NCBI GenBank assembly: GCA_963773605.1 | Contig: CAVZBT010000018.1 | Coordinates: forward strand, 65,071 to 129,070 | Source: an uncultured Acidobacteriota bacterium | GTDB lineage: Bacteria > Acidobacteriota > UBA6911 | Length of the DNA stretch: 64,000 nucleotides | Direction: 5' to 3' | Part shown: positions 50,297 through 59,806 of the stretch, piece by piece | How the letters are laid out: each line of letters opens with the position of its first letter | How positions within the stretch are numbered: position 1 is the stretch's first letter | Notes under the pieces: model-generated | Told to the model about the DNA's origin: nothing | What the model saw: only the letters and a program-made list of their open reading frames with translations | The model's database searches: none | Made by a program: the position numbers and the translations under genes

Positions 50297-52843
50297 TCAG
50301 GGGAGAGGGAGGGCGGGGATAGCCGTCATGAACGTAAACCTCGCGTCATGAATGAGGGAGAACCCGAACAGCGGCTTGTCGGCACGCACACGCACGTGAC
50401 CGGTCAACCGCGGCCCGAGGTTCGGGAAGAAGCTGGGCAGGTACAACGCCGTCCGGTGTCCTGCGGCCAGCGTGATCTCCGCGCTTCCATCCAGGGTCCC
50501 TCCCTCCCCCCGGACCTCCAGGGTCAGGTGGGCAGGTTCGGCATTCGCGTTCAGGAGCGCGATGCCCGTTCGATAGACATCGTCCTGGGCGAGAACCGGG
50601 AATAGGAAATTCGCCTGGGGGGATCCCAGGAGTTCAAAAGTCGTCGCGAACGAATTCTGATCGTTCGTGAAGCTGATTGTACCAAGAACGCGGTCCTTTG
50701 TGCTAGTTACCTCCAGCCAGCCGGTGATGTCGGCCACGGCGGGATCGCCCTGAAACAGGGCGGCGAGGTTCTGTTTCAGCTGCTGTCCCTTGACCAGCCG
50801 CTTGTGGTAGGGCTGCCCTACGGCCGACCCGTCGGCCGCGTGCAGGGTAATCGTGATGTCCGCGTCGTCGGGGCTGGCGTTGATGACGTTGAGGATCGTG
50901 TTGTACGCCGGCGTGACCGCAAATTGCGGAGAGTAAACCGTGCTGATGCCGTTGTAGCGGTTGACATCGATGCCGTTCAGCTCGCTCATGGTGTTGGCGG
51001 TGGTCAGGAACTCGCTGAAAATCAGCCCCTTGTTGGACGTGATCCGCATATATCCGTTGCTGACCTCGGCCGGATCAGTGAAGAGGTCGCCAAAGTACTG
51101 GGTTTGCCGGTTGGTGGGGTAGGCGACGTTGCCGGTGCTGGTGTTCAGGACGGTGCCGTCGGCGCCCTGGTACACGGCGTTATACAAAGCCTGGCTGAAG
51201 CCGGGGTTGACGTAGTTGAACTCGAGCAGGGTTCCCTCATGCCTGGCCACCTCCGGGATAACCCAATCGGTCGAAGAGGTGGCTACGAACAGCGGAACGG
51301 CATCCAGCCGGTTGAGGCTATTGTCTCCGATCGAGCTGTAACCCGTCACCTGGGGCTGCTCGCTGTAAACGGAAATCCAGCCGGTCGTCTCTTTGGTGCT
51401 GTCCAGCGTGAACATCTGGGCCACGGTCTTCGAAACCTGGGCATTGGGCTCCAGGACGTATGTGGCGGGATTGGTTACGCCGGTCCCGGCGAGGGGTTGA
51501 CCGTAATTGTCCAAGGCATAAACGGTGAATTTGTTGGTCGTGTTGGACAGGTTGATGAGGGTCAGTCCCGTAAAGAGGTCGGCCGAATTGATGAATTTCG
51601 CGGAGTTGAGGGTCACGGCCGAGGCCAGCAGATCTATGTCGTTGCTGGTAAACTCGAGCACGGCGATCGTCTTTCCGTCGGGAGTGATGGCCATTGCGGA
51701 AGGCTGGTCCAGGTATGTATTGGGGTTGTCGCCGATCAGCATCTGTCCGAGGATCGCATCGTCGTCGATTTGGTGCTCATACACGAGATCATCGGCCGAA
51801 GATGCGTAGTAGGCAAATTTCGAGTCCGGGGTGAAGACGATGTTGGCCGAACCGATCGGCTCACCGTGCGACAGTTGGAGTTCACGGCGCGTCTTGAAGT
51901 CGGCGGTGGAAATCAGCGAGATGGAGAACTCGCAGTAAACGGCCCAGTACCGGCCATCGGGGGTGAGGCCCGTGAAGCCGGGCTCGGATCCGATGCTGCC
52001 GGTGTCCAGAAGCTCGCCGGTCGCCGTCTTGAACAGGTAGACGGAGTCCGATCCGAGTGTCCCGTTGACGTCGCGGCTGGCGACGATGCCCGTCACGCCG
52101 TCCGGCGCCAGCACGGGGCGATTGAAAATCGTAAAATTGATGGCCCGGTCCGACGGTGGTGTAATGGTGGCCCTGCGGTTGAGCGAGGAGGTGTCTACAA
52201 AAACGAGCTCTTCTTTGATGGCGTCCACGACGATGAGGGTGCCGCCGTCGTTCGAAATGGCCAGCTGAGCGGGCGCCTGGAGTCCTGCGAGGCGCCCCTC
52301 TTCTTTCCCATCCGCGATGCGGAACTTGATGACTTCGCCCGTGCCGGTCGAAGAAATGTAGCCGTAGTTGCCGTCAGGCGACAGGACGGGGATGCTGCCG
52401 AACCCGAATTGAGCCCCTGAAAAAGCCCACACACCCGTCTGGAGCGCGCTGTTCTCGTCGACGAGAAACAGCTCGTTGCCGAGCGTGGACGTGTACGCGA
52501 CGGTGTGGCCATCCGGCAACAGCAGTCCCCAGTACGGTTTGCCCCCCGTGTCGATGCGGTTCAGCACGGCCCCGTTCGCGACGGAAAAAACCGCCACGAC
52601 CCCGGAGCCCGGGTAGGCGACAAATCCGCGGCTGGAATCCGCCGTGAAGAGTATGTTCGGCGCGATATTGTCGGTCGAGTCCAGATTGGTGTCGAAGACG
52701 AGCTTGTCGGTGACACCCTCCGGATTGGGCTCGACGCGCGCCCGTACCCTGGTCTGGGCCGAAACCTCTGCTGTCAGCACCCCAAGTACGAGACAATAAA
52801 GAGCGCAGTTCCCGAACCTGCGGAGGCTCTGTGTATGAAGCAT
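50297..52843 (-). CDS. Large secreted beta-propeller (YVTN/lactonase-like repeats) protein with C-terminal beta-sandwich region
   Basis: ATG at 52843 follows GGAG. The signal peptide is 'MLHTQSLRRFGNCALYCLVLGVLTAEVSAQ'. There are repeated blades such as 'GFVAYPGSGVVAVFSV', 'TVAYTSTLGNELFLVD', 'YGYISSTGTGEVIKF' and 'LIVVDAIKEELVFVD'. The 848-aa ORF is intact. Confidence 0.7.
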   Translation of the reverse strand: MLHTQSLRRFGNCALYCLVLGVLTAEVSAQTRVRARVEPNPEGVTDKLVFDTNLDSTDNIAPNILFTADSSRGFVAYPGSGVVAVFSVANGAVLNRIDTGGKPYWGLLLPDGHTVAYTSTLGNELFLVDENSALQTGVWAFSGAQFGFGSIPVLSPDGNYGYISSTGTGEVIKFRIADGKEEGRLAGLQAPAQLAISNDGGTLIVVDAIKEELVFVDTSSLNRRATITPPSDRAINFTIFNRPVLAPDGVTGIVASRDVNGTLGSDSVYLFKTATGELLDTGSIGSEPGFTGLTPDGRYWAVYCEFSISLISTADFKTRRELQLSHGEPIGSANIVFTPDSKFAYYASSADDLVYEHQIDDDAILGQMLIGDNPNTYLDQPSAMAITPDGKTIAVLEFTSNDIDLLASAVTLNSAKFINSADLFTGLTLINLSNTTNKFTVYALDNYGQPLAGTGVTNPATYVLEPNAQVSKTVAQMFTLDSTKETTGWISVYSEQPQVTGYSSIGDNSLNRLDAVPLFVATSSTDWVIPEVARHEGTLLEFNYVNPGFSQALYNAVYQGADGTVLNTSTGNVAYPTNRQTQYFGDLFTDPAEVSNGYMRITSNKGLIFSEFLTTANTMSELNGIDVNRYNGISTVYSPQFAVTPAYNTILNVINASPDDADITITLHAADGSAVGQPYHKRLVKGQQLKQNLAALFQGDPAVADITGWLEVTSTKDRVLGTISFTNDQNSFATTFELLGSPQANFLFPVLAQDDVYRTGIALLNANAEPAHLTLEVRGEGGTLDGSAEITLAAGHRTALYLPSFFPNLGPRLTGHVRVRADKPLFGFSLIHDARFTFMTAIPALPLP

Positions 52844-52983
52844 CCTATTCTCCATTGACTGCAAGCGATAATAAGCGCGGGCCAGCATGTGATAATAGCA
52901 CCAGACGCACCGCTTGGGGAGAGCGGCGGTATTACCGGAAACCCGCTCGCGTCTGAATCGCAGGTATTGGGGCTCCGAAACCT

Positions 52984-53030
52984 CGCGCCTTCGAGCTAAA
53001 CCCGGTTGAACTCAAAGACTCGAAGGCGCG
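52984..53030 (-). terminator. 12-bp perfect GC-rich inverted repeat (CGCGCCTTCGAG-N23-CTCGAAGGCGCG), terminator- or REP-like
   Basis: Read directly from the sequence. It lies 16 nt downstream of the DUF721 gene stop. No clear U-tract follows, so function as an intrinsic terminator is uncertain. Confidence 0.3.
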
Positions 53031-53045
53031 AAGCATCTCCCATCT

Positions 53046-53333
53046 TCAAGTCCGGCGCGGCGCGCACAACTGAAGAGACCGGACTTCGTCGCCCGTCGCG
53101 GTGCGAATTCTGGCCAGCAGTTCCGCCGAACAGGAGCGGAGGGGCTCGAGCCAGGTTTCGTCAAGCACTTCGACCAGGAGCCTGGAATCCTCGAATCGGG
53201 CCGGTCTGCACGCGGCCGCCAGCCTCTCGCCCAGAAGCCCTGGCCATGCGCCTTGCAGGCAGGCGACAACCCACTCGGCGTGCCGGGGAGAACCGCGGAA
53301 CAGCGAATAGATTACGGAAGAGACGGGCTGCAT
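53046..53333 (-). CDS. DUF721 (DciA-like) protein
   Basis: 'MQPVSSVIYSLF...WVVACLQGAWPGLLGERLAAACRPARFEDSRLLVEVLDETWLEPLRSCSAELLARIRTATGDEVRSLQL' fits the DUF721 pattern (W..vG..la....P..l.dg.L.v.v....W..eL). Confidence 0.7.
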   Translation of the reverse strand: MQPVSSVIYSLFRGSPRHAEWVVACLQGAWPGLLGERLAAACRPARFEDSRLLVEVLDETWLEPLRSCSAELLARIRTATGDEVRSLQLCAPRRT

Positions 53334-53341
53334 ACGGGCGC

Positions 53342-54380
53342 TCACCGGCCTCGCTTGAAATCGTCGACGTCCGCCTGGGCCTTTTTGATGAGCGCGCCCA
53401 TCTCCGGGTCGTCGGGCACAGAGCGGTCCAACGGGACGAACCGGGCGTGCACGCCGACGCTCTGGGATTGCTGCTGCAGCACGACCCGAACCTCGCTGAT
53501 CAGACGCCCTTCGTTGGCAGGCATCGAGATCAGGGTGTCCCCCACCAGCTGGGGCTCGGAAATCTCCTCGTAGTTGTGGGCCACGACGATCAGGTTGATG
53601 CTCGGGATGACGGCGGCCAGGCTGATCGCCTTCCCCACGCCCGCATCGATCATGATGACCCGGTAATCGCTCTTGGGCTGCATTTCCGCCATGACCTGCC
53701 GTGACCGCTTCCTGCGGGTCCTGCACCTCGAACTCGTCCCGGGAAATGCGTTCTTCCGGATCGTACAAAACTCCGCTGATGCCGATGCGCAGCTTCTTCC
53801 CGGTCTTGGGATCGACGACGACTTCCTTGAGGATGAAACGCTGGAGAGCCGGGAAGTTGGGCGTCTTCGCCTTCACGTTGGCCGAGACCAGCGGCAGGTC
53901 CAGGAGCTGGCGCGGCACCTGACCGGCAGCCGCCAGATCGGACATCTCCTGCCACCCGGACAGGTCCCAGGCCGTAAGGTTGAGGGCATCCAGGTTGGAG
54001 CGGTATGTCCCTTCGAGCATCCAGCGGTTGACCAAGGCAGCCTCGGCCACCCCGAGGTCGAACACCGAGCCCCCGTCCAGCCGCAGGTAGGGCCGCGCGG
54101 GGAACTTCCTGGCGAATGCTTTCCAGTAGCTTGTCCTGCGGGCGAAACCGCCCATCGGGTTGAACGGTCAGCCGCACGGGCCGTAGTTCCCGCGCAGGTC
54201 ACCCTGAATGAGGAAAGCGAGGTTGAAATCGGGCTCCCCCTCCAGTAGCTTTTCCGGGAACGTCGTCGCCGGGGCGGGCGCCGGTGGTGCGGGAGCCTGC
54301 TGCCGGGCAGTTCCCGGCGTCACCGCGCACAGGGCGGCAAGCAGGAGCGCCAGGGCCGTCGATCGTAATGGTTGTGTCAT
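53342..54380 (-). CDS. Secreted 5'-nucleotidase/metallophosphoesterase-like protein (degenerate metal site) with an in-frame TGA at 54168-54170 and one frameshift near 53698
   Basis: The signal peptide is 'MTQPLRSTALALLLAALCAV'. The frame reads '...FLIQGDLRGNYGPCG[TGA]PFNPMGGFARRTSYW...', and both sides of the TGA are in the same frame (54380-54155 is 225 nt). The later part, 'KSDYRVIMIDAGVGKAISLAAVIPSINLIVVAHNYEE', is in another frame. Confidence 0.6.
54140..54153 (-). other. Short GC hairpin (GGGCG-GUUU-CGCCC) 14 nt downstream of the in-frame UGA; weak bacterial SECIS candidate
   Basis: The minus strand reads 'UGA ccguucaacccgau GGGCG GUUU CGCCC g'. The loop contains GU and lies about 20 nt from the UGA. 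The stem is only 5 bp plus one possible U-G pair. Confidence 0.2.
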
Positions 54381-54495
54381 GCTCAGGTCTAAAGAGTGTT
54401 CGCTCGCGACCGTGGACCCTCAACTCGCGCACATGGCGGGCTGGACCGGTCCGTTATTGGGGACGGCGGAGTTAAATTAACAGAGAGATACCCTG

Positions 54496-55275
54496 ATGAC
54501 AACATCCAGTAGCCCGTGGGTCCTGGCCTCGGCATCGCCGCGCCGCGCGGCGATCCTTCGGGGGCTGGGCATGGATTTCGAGGTCGCGCCCAGCTCGCTG
54601 CGCGAACCACCGCCGCGGCCCGGCGAATCCCCGTCGGCGTATGCGGTCCGTGTTGCTCGCCTGAAGGTGCGCGATGTCGCCTCCGGGCGCCGGTCCGGGC
54701 TCGTCGTTGGGGCGGATACCATAGTGGTGGCCGGGCGCCGCGTGCTGGGCAAACCCGCCTCGAGGTCCGAAGCCGCAGCCATGTTGCGGGCGCTGAGCGG
54801 GCGCTGGCACGACGTGATTTCCGGCATCGCGCTGTTCGACTGCGACTCCGGGCGGATCAGTTCGGCCTTCAGCTGCTCGCGCGTACACTTTCGCCGACTG
54901 AGCGGCCGCGAGATCGCGTGGTATATCGATACGGGCGAATACCGGGATAAGGCGGGGGCATACGCGGTACAGGGGCACGCGGCCCTGTTCATCGACCGCA
55001 TCGAAGGCTGCTATTTCAACATCGTGGGGTTTCCCATCGCCCTCTTCGACAGAATCTGCCGCAAAATGGGCGTCGATCTCTTCAGCGCACAGTGGGCGGG
55101 GGCGGCTCGTCCCGCCCCCGTGAGCTACAACCACGGGGTATCGCGAAATCCACCGGTTGAGATGCATCCCGGGCCGCGGCGGGCCGACGCGGCCCACTCG
55201 GACCCGATGAGCTGCAACCGGCGGGCCACTACGGCTCGGGGGCGTTGCGGCGGATGGCGCCCTTTTTTGAGATGA
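54496..55275 (+). CDS. maf: Maf-like nucleoside-triphosphate pyrophosphatase (septum formation protein Maf), with an atypical C-terminal tail of about 60 aa
   Basis: 'VLASASPRRAAILRGLGMDFEV', 'VVGADTIVV', 'KAGAYAVQG' and 'IEGCYFNIVGFPI' are present. Similarity ends near 55085. The tail may result from an indel in the G-run at 55098-55102. Confidence 0.8.
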   Translation: MTTSSSPWVLASASPRRAAILRGLGMDFEVAPSSLREPPPRPGESPSAYAVRVARLKVRDVASGRRSGLVVGADTIVVAGRRVLGKPASRSEAAAMLRALSGRWHDVISGIALFDCDSGRISSAFSCSRVHFRRLSGREIAWYIDTGEYRDKAGAYAVQGHAALFIDRIEGCYFNIVGFPIALFDRICRKMGVDLFSAQWAGAARPAPVSYNHGVSRNPPVEMHPGPRRADAAHSDPMSCNRRATTARGRCGGWRPFLR

Positions 55276-55434
55276 AGAAGACGCCCGCCCCGACGGCTGC
55301 GATCGAAACTGCGCCCAGCGCCCAGCGCCAGGGACGCCGCAGACGTTTCCCCTTATGCTCGCCGGAATCCGCCTGGCGCGGCGGTTCCGGGTTCTGCTCG
55401 TTGACGTCGTCCTGTGTCGCTCCCGCATCCCCCG

Positions 55435-56296
55435 ATCAACCCCATTTCAGCTTCTCGCGCAGCAGGCGGAAAAAGCTCGTCGCCGGCGGCCTGGACCAGG
55501 CGCACAACGGGAACGGCCTTCCTGATCTTAAGCCGGTCGTTGGGTCCGAAGCGGCACCCCGATCTGGCCGTCGACGGTGAGCATCACATCCGCGCCGCGG
55601 CGCAAGTAAACGCCGATGACCATGCCGTCCGGGACCACCACGGGCCTGTTGGTCAGCGTGTGCGGGCAGATTGGCGTGATGATAAACGCTTCCAGGGTCG
55701 GGTGTAAGATGGGCCCTCCGGCCGAGAGCGAGTAGGCCGTCGAGCCCGTCGGGCTCGAGATGATGAGGCCGTCGGCCCGGATGAGCATCACGGGGTCCTT
55801 GTTCACGGTGACCTCGAGCTCGATGATCCGGGCGAGGGCCCCCTTATTTATGACGGCGTCATTCAGCGCGAGATGGCACCCGTCGGAGCGATCCCCCCGG
55901 AATACCTCCACCTGCAGCAGCATCCGGTCCTCGAGCAGATAATCTCCCGAGAGTAGCCGGGAAAAAACCTGTTGTACCTCTTCGAGCTTGACCTCGGTGA
56001 GAAATCCCAGCGAACCCAGGTTCACGCCGAGAATGGGGACGCCGCTCGCAGCCACCAGCCGCGCCGCATACAGGAGGGTCCCATCTCCGCCGAAGACGGC
56101 GATCACATCGACTCTGCCGGCAAGGTCTTCCGGGGCGGTGATGGTGCAGTTCGGGTATTGGCGCGCCGATTCCTGATCCAGGAAGACCTCGGCCCCCTTT
56201 GCGTGCAGCCATGGGATGATACTCGGCGACGATTGCGGGAACGCGGGGATCGTGACGCTTCAAGACCAGTCCCACTCTGGCAACGGGCGGATTCAT
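55435..56296 (-). CDS. nadK: NAD kinase, broken by at least 3 frameshifts
   Basis: The pieces are 'MNPPVARVGLVLKRHDPRV', 'VIAVFGGDGTLLYAARL...PILGVNLGSLGFLTEV', 'NDAVINKGALARIIELEV', 'DGLIISSPTGSTAYSLSAGGPILHP' and the terminal 'FFRLLREKLKWG' in a different frame. The ATG overlaps the tlyA stop (ATGA). Confidence 0.85.
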
Positions 56297-57079
56297 GCGG
56301 GGGATGATAGATCAGGTGCGAGTTGGAGGTACAACAAAAACTCCTCGTTTCCCTTTGCACCGGCGACAGGCGAAGGGATGCGGCCGCGCGTCAGGTACCC
56401 GGCGCTTCGGGCGAAGGTCGCGACCGCCTCGACGGCTTCGACCCTTTTCTCGGGACTGCGTACGATGCCCCCCTTGCCAACCTCGCCTTTTCCGACCTCA
56501 AACTGAGGCTTGACGAGCAGGGGACAACGGCGCGATCGCATGGGGGCGGACGCCTGTCGGGCCGTCCGAAAGGGCATCACGCAGGGGGATGAGGACCTTC
56601 GTGAGGGAAATGAACGAAAGGTCGGCGGTGATTATGGAGACGTCGTCGGGAGATCCCTGCGCGCTGACGTAGCGGACATTGAACCCGTCATGCACGACGA
56701 CGCGCGGGTCCGAGCGCAGTTTCCAGTCCAGTTGCCCCTTGCCGACGTCATAGGCATGCACCACAGCGGCGCCGTTCTGCAGCAGGCAATCGGTGAATCC
56801 GCCGGTCGAGGCTCCGAGGTCGGCGCAGACGCGACCAGCCACCCGGATCGCGAACGCGTCGAGCGCCGCCTGCAGTTTGGCCCCGGCGCGACTGACGAAC
56901 GGGGCCGGGCCAAGGACGCGGATGTCCGCGTCCGACCGGACCAGGTGTCCGGGTTTTTCCATCTTCTGGCCGTCGACGAGAATCTTTCCCGCAAGCAGCA
57001 GGGCCTGGGCCTTGTGGCGGCTTTCGGCGAGCCCGAGTTCGAACAGCAACACGTCGATGCGTCGCTTTTGCGCACTCAA
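56293..57079 (-). CDS. tlyA: TlyA-family 16S/23S rRNA (cytidine-2'-O)-methyltransferase, one frameshift near 56560
   Basis: TTG at 57079 follows GGAGG. The pieces are the S4-like 'RIDVLLFELGLAESRHKAQALLLAGKILVDG', the SAM motif 'ADLGASTGGFTDCLLQNGAAVVHAYDVG' and 'PLLVKPQFEVGKGEVGKGGIVR' in the second frame. Confidence 0.8.
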
Positions 57080-57105
57080 GAGAAGCCTCCGGCGGACGGT
57101 GCAGC

Positions 57106-57995
57106 TTACGTGGTGCGGCTCAGGATGAAGCGCGCGATCGTGCGGAGCGGCCCGGCGGGTGCGCCGAAATCGCTGAACGTCTTCGAGCGCAGCCGCGACC
57201 AGTTCGCGCGCCTTCGCCTGGATGCCTCGAGACCGTACAGCGCGGGGTAGGTCGCCTTCTTCACCTTCTGGTCCTTTCCTGCTGTTTTCCCGAGCCGTTC
57301 GCTGCTGGCGGTGATGTCGAGGATGTCGTCCACGATCTGAAACGCGAGTCCGACGTTGCGGCCATAGCGGGTCAAGACTCGCGCTCATTCGGACCCGCCC
57401 CGGCGGCAATAGCACCGCAACGCGTGCAGGCGGTCAGGAGCGCGCCGGTCTTGGAGCGGTGAATGTAGTCCAGGACTTCCGGGCCGATCGTCTTCCCTTC
57501 CGACTCGAGGTCGACGACCTGCCCGCCGATCATGCCGTCGCGCGTGCCGGTCGCGAAGCCGCGATTTCACGGATGATGGCAAGCCGCACCGAATCGGAGA
57601 TTCGCCGGGAAGGCAGGCGAGCGCCTGGTAGCTGCACGTCATCAGGGCGTCGCCGGCCAGGATGGCCATCGCGTCGCCGAAGACCTTGTGGCAGGTCGGC
57701 CTGCCGCGGCGCAGGTCGTCGTTGTCGAGCGCAGGCAGGTCGTCGTGGATGAGCGAATAGGTGTGGATCATTTCGATGGCGGCACCAAGGTGAACCAGGG
57801 TCGTCCTGTCGCCGCCGATCCCTTCGCCCGCGGCAACCACCAGGGTCGGGCGGATGCGCTTCCCGCCAGCGAAGATCGAGTAGCGCATCGCCCGGTGAAT
57901 CGTCGGCGGCTCCGATCGTCCTCGGCTGGCAGGAGGGCGTCGAGACACGCGTCGACTTCCTGCTTGATCTGCGAGAGGTAACGGTCAATGTCCAT
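57106..57995 (-). CDS. ispA: Polyprenyl (farnesyl/geranylgeranyl) diphosphate synthase, broken by at least 4 frameshifts
   Basis: '[15 protein letters not shown]', the first DDxxD motif '[27 protein letters not shown]', and the second motif '[12 protein letters not shown]...LGKTAGKD' are present. It sits in the conserved xseA-xseB-ispA context. Confidence 0.85.
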
Positions 57996-58053
57996 CGGAA
58001 CGGGTCCACGGGCGCAGACTGCGCCTGATGAGCTTCGAACTATTCCTGGGCTG

Positions 58054-58302
58054 CTAGGACTGGGCCTCGTCGACGTTGGCCGCGAACGGAACTTCCTTCA
58101 CGGACCCGTCGGCGTTGCGCATAAGCAACTCCACCTTGCGTTCCGCCTCCTCCAGCTTGCCGCTGCAGAAGCGGCTGACGCGCACCCCTTCCTCGAACAG
58201 CTCGAGGGCGCGATCGAGGGGGAGGTCGCCGTTTTCGAGTTGAATGACGATGTCCTCGAGCGACTTCAGCGCGGATTCGAAGTCCTTCACCTTGAGATCC
58301 AT
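58054..58302 (-). CDS. xseB: Exodeoxyribonuclease VII small subunit
   Basis: 'FESALKSLEDIVIQLENGDLPLDRALELFEEGVRVSRFCSGKLEEAERKVELL' matches the family. Confidence 0.9.
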   Translation of the reverse strand: MDLKVKDFESALKSLEDIVIQLENGDLPLDRALELFEEGVRVSRFCSGKLEEAERKVELLMRNADGSVKEVPFAANVDEAQS

Positions 58303-58341
58303 GAATTTCTTTGTCCTTACGATGGATAGACTGCGTGTTCG

Positions 58342-59718
58342 TCACTCGGGCCCGGGCGCACGGGGCTCGGGGATCCGGGTTTCAACAATGTCCTCGACCC
58401 GGCAACGGAGAGCTCCCCGGGCCAGATCGACCCCAACCTCCCGGCCGGGCCTGGTGGAGGCCGCGTCCCGCAGGATTGCGCCGCTCTCGTCGCGGCAGAT
58501 CGCGTAGCCGCGCTGCAGTATGGCCAGCGGGCTCAGCGCGTCCATGCGGCCGGCAGCCAGCGCGAGGCGGGCGCGCTCCTGCCGCAACCGGGCCCGCATG
58601 CACGCGATCAGGGCCTGCCGCTTGCCGGCCAGGACCTCGCGCCGGTGGGCAATCACCTTGCTCAGGTCGAGGCGGACGAGCCGCAGGTGGGCCATTTCCC
58701 GCCTGCGCCCGAGCCTGGACAGGTGGCGCTCGATCGCCTGGTTCATGCGCAGCGCCGTGTCGTCGAACCTCTGCTGCAGATCCCGCACCCGGTTGGGGGC
58801 GGTGACAAAGGCACGGCTGCGGGCGAGCCGGTCGAGCGCCGAGTGCCGTCTCTCGAAACCGAGCTTCATGGCCTGGATCAGCCTGCCCTGCAGGGAGGTC
58901 ACCGTCACCCGCAGGTCCTCGCGCGCTCCCGACACCATTTCCGCCGCCGCCGAAGGGGTGGGAGCGCGCATGTCGGCGACAAAATCCGCGATCGTGAAGT
59001 CGACCTCATGGCCCACCGCCGAGATGACCGGGATTTCCGAGGCGTAGATCGCGCGCGCGACGACCTCTTCGTTAAAAGCCCAGAGGTCTTCGATCGATCC
59101 GCCCCCGCGGCCGGCGATAATCACATCGATGTCGGAGCGTTTGTTGAAGTAGCGGATGGCGGCGGAAATCTCGTCGCGGGCGCCTGCGCCCTGCACGTTG
59201 ACAGGGTACAGCAGGACATGAAGCGCCGCGTTCCGCCTCTTGAGGATGCGCAGGATGTCGCGGATGGCGGCGCCGGTCGGCGAGGTGACGATCCCGATTT
59301 TCCGCGGGAGCAGGGGAAGCGGCACTTTGTGCGCCTCGTCGAACAGGCCTTCCCGGCGGAGCCTCTCTTTTAGCTGGTCGAACGCAAGCTGAAGCGAACC
59401 CAAACCGACCGGCTCCATGTAATCGACGAGCACCTGGTAGTCGCCGCGCGGCTCGTAGACGCTGAGGCGCCCGCGGGCCAGGACTTCAAGCCCGTCTTCG
59501 GGGCGGAATTTCAGGTAGGTGTTGCTGCCGCGAAAGCACGCCGCCTTCACCTGCGCCCGGTCGTCCTTGAGGCAGAAATACATGTGCCCGGAGGAGTGGT
59601 GTTTGAAGTTCGAGATCTCCCCTTTGATCCAGAGTACCCCCATGCGGTCCAGGGTCCGCTTGATCTCGGAGGTGATCTCGAAAACGGAGTATATCCTGCG
59701 CTGCTCGAACAGATCCAC
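58342..59718 (-). CDS. xseA: Exodeoxyribonuclease VII large subunit
   Basis: The OB-fold region is 'VLWIKGEISNFKHHSSGHMYFCLKDDRAQV'. 'IGIVTSPTGAAIRDIL', 'IIAGRGGGSIEDLWAFNEE' and 'PVISAVGHEVDFTIADFVAD.RAPTPSAAAE' are present. The 458-aa ORF is intact. Confidence 0.92.
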   Translation of the reverse strand: MDLFEQRRIYSVFEITSEIKRTLDRMGVLWIKGEISNFKHHSSGHMYFCLKDDRAQVKAACFRGSNTYLKFRPEDGLEVLARGRLSVYEPRGDYQVLVDYMEPVGLGSLQLAFDQLKERLRREGLFDEAHKVPLPLLPRKIGIVTSPTGAAIRDILRILKRRNAALHVLLYPVNVQGAGARDEISAAIRYFNKRSDIDVIIAGRGGGSIEDLWAFNEEVVARAIYASEIPVISAVGHEVDFTIADFVADMRAPTPSAAAEMVSGAREDLRVTVTSLQGRLIQAMKLGFERRHSALDRLARSRAFVTAPNRVRDLQQRFDDTALRMNQAIERHLSRLGRRREMAHLRLVRLDLSKVIAHRREVLAGKRQALIACMRARLRQERARLALAAGRMDALSPLAILQRGYAICRDESGAILRDAASTRPGREVGVDLARGALRCRVEDIVETRIPEPRAPGPE

Positions 59719-59806
59719 GGACCATGTTTATCACGGCGCGGTCGGCGGCGGCAAAACAAAAGCTCACCGCAGAAAACGCGGGGCGCGGAGAAGATTGCGC
59801 GGGAAG

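Noticed and set aside
55528-55530. TAA at 55528 as the true nadK stop
   Set aside because: The conserved NAD kinase C-terminus ('...RLKIRKAVPVVRLVQ...FFRLLREKLKWG') continues downstream in other frames to the TGA at 55435. The TAA is therefore a frameshift artefact.
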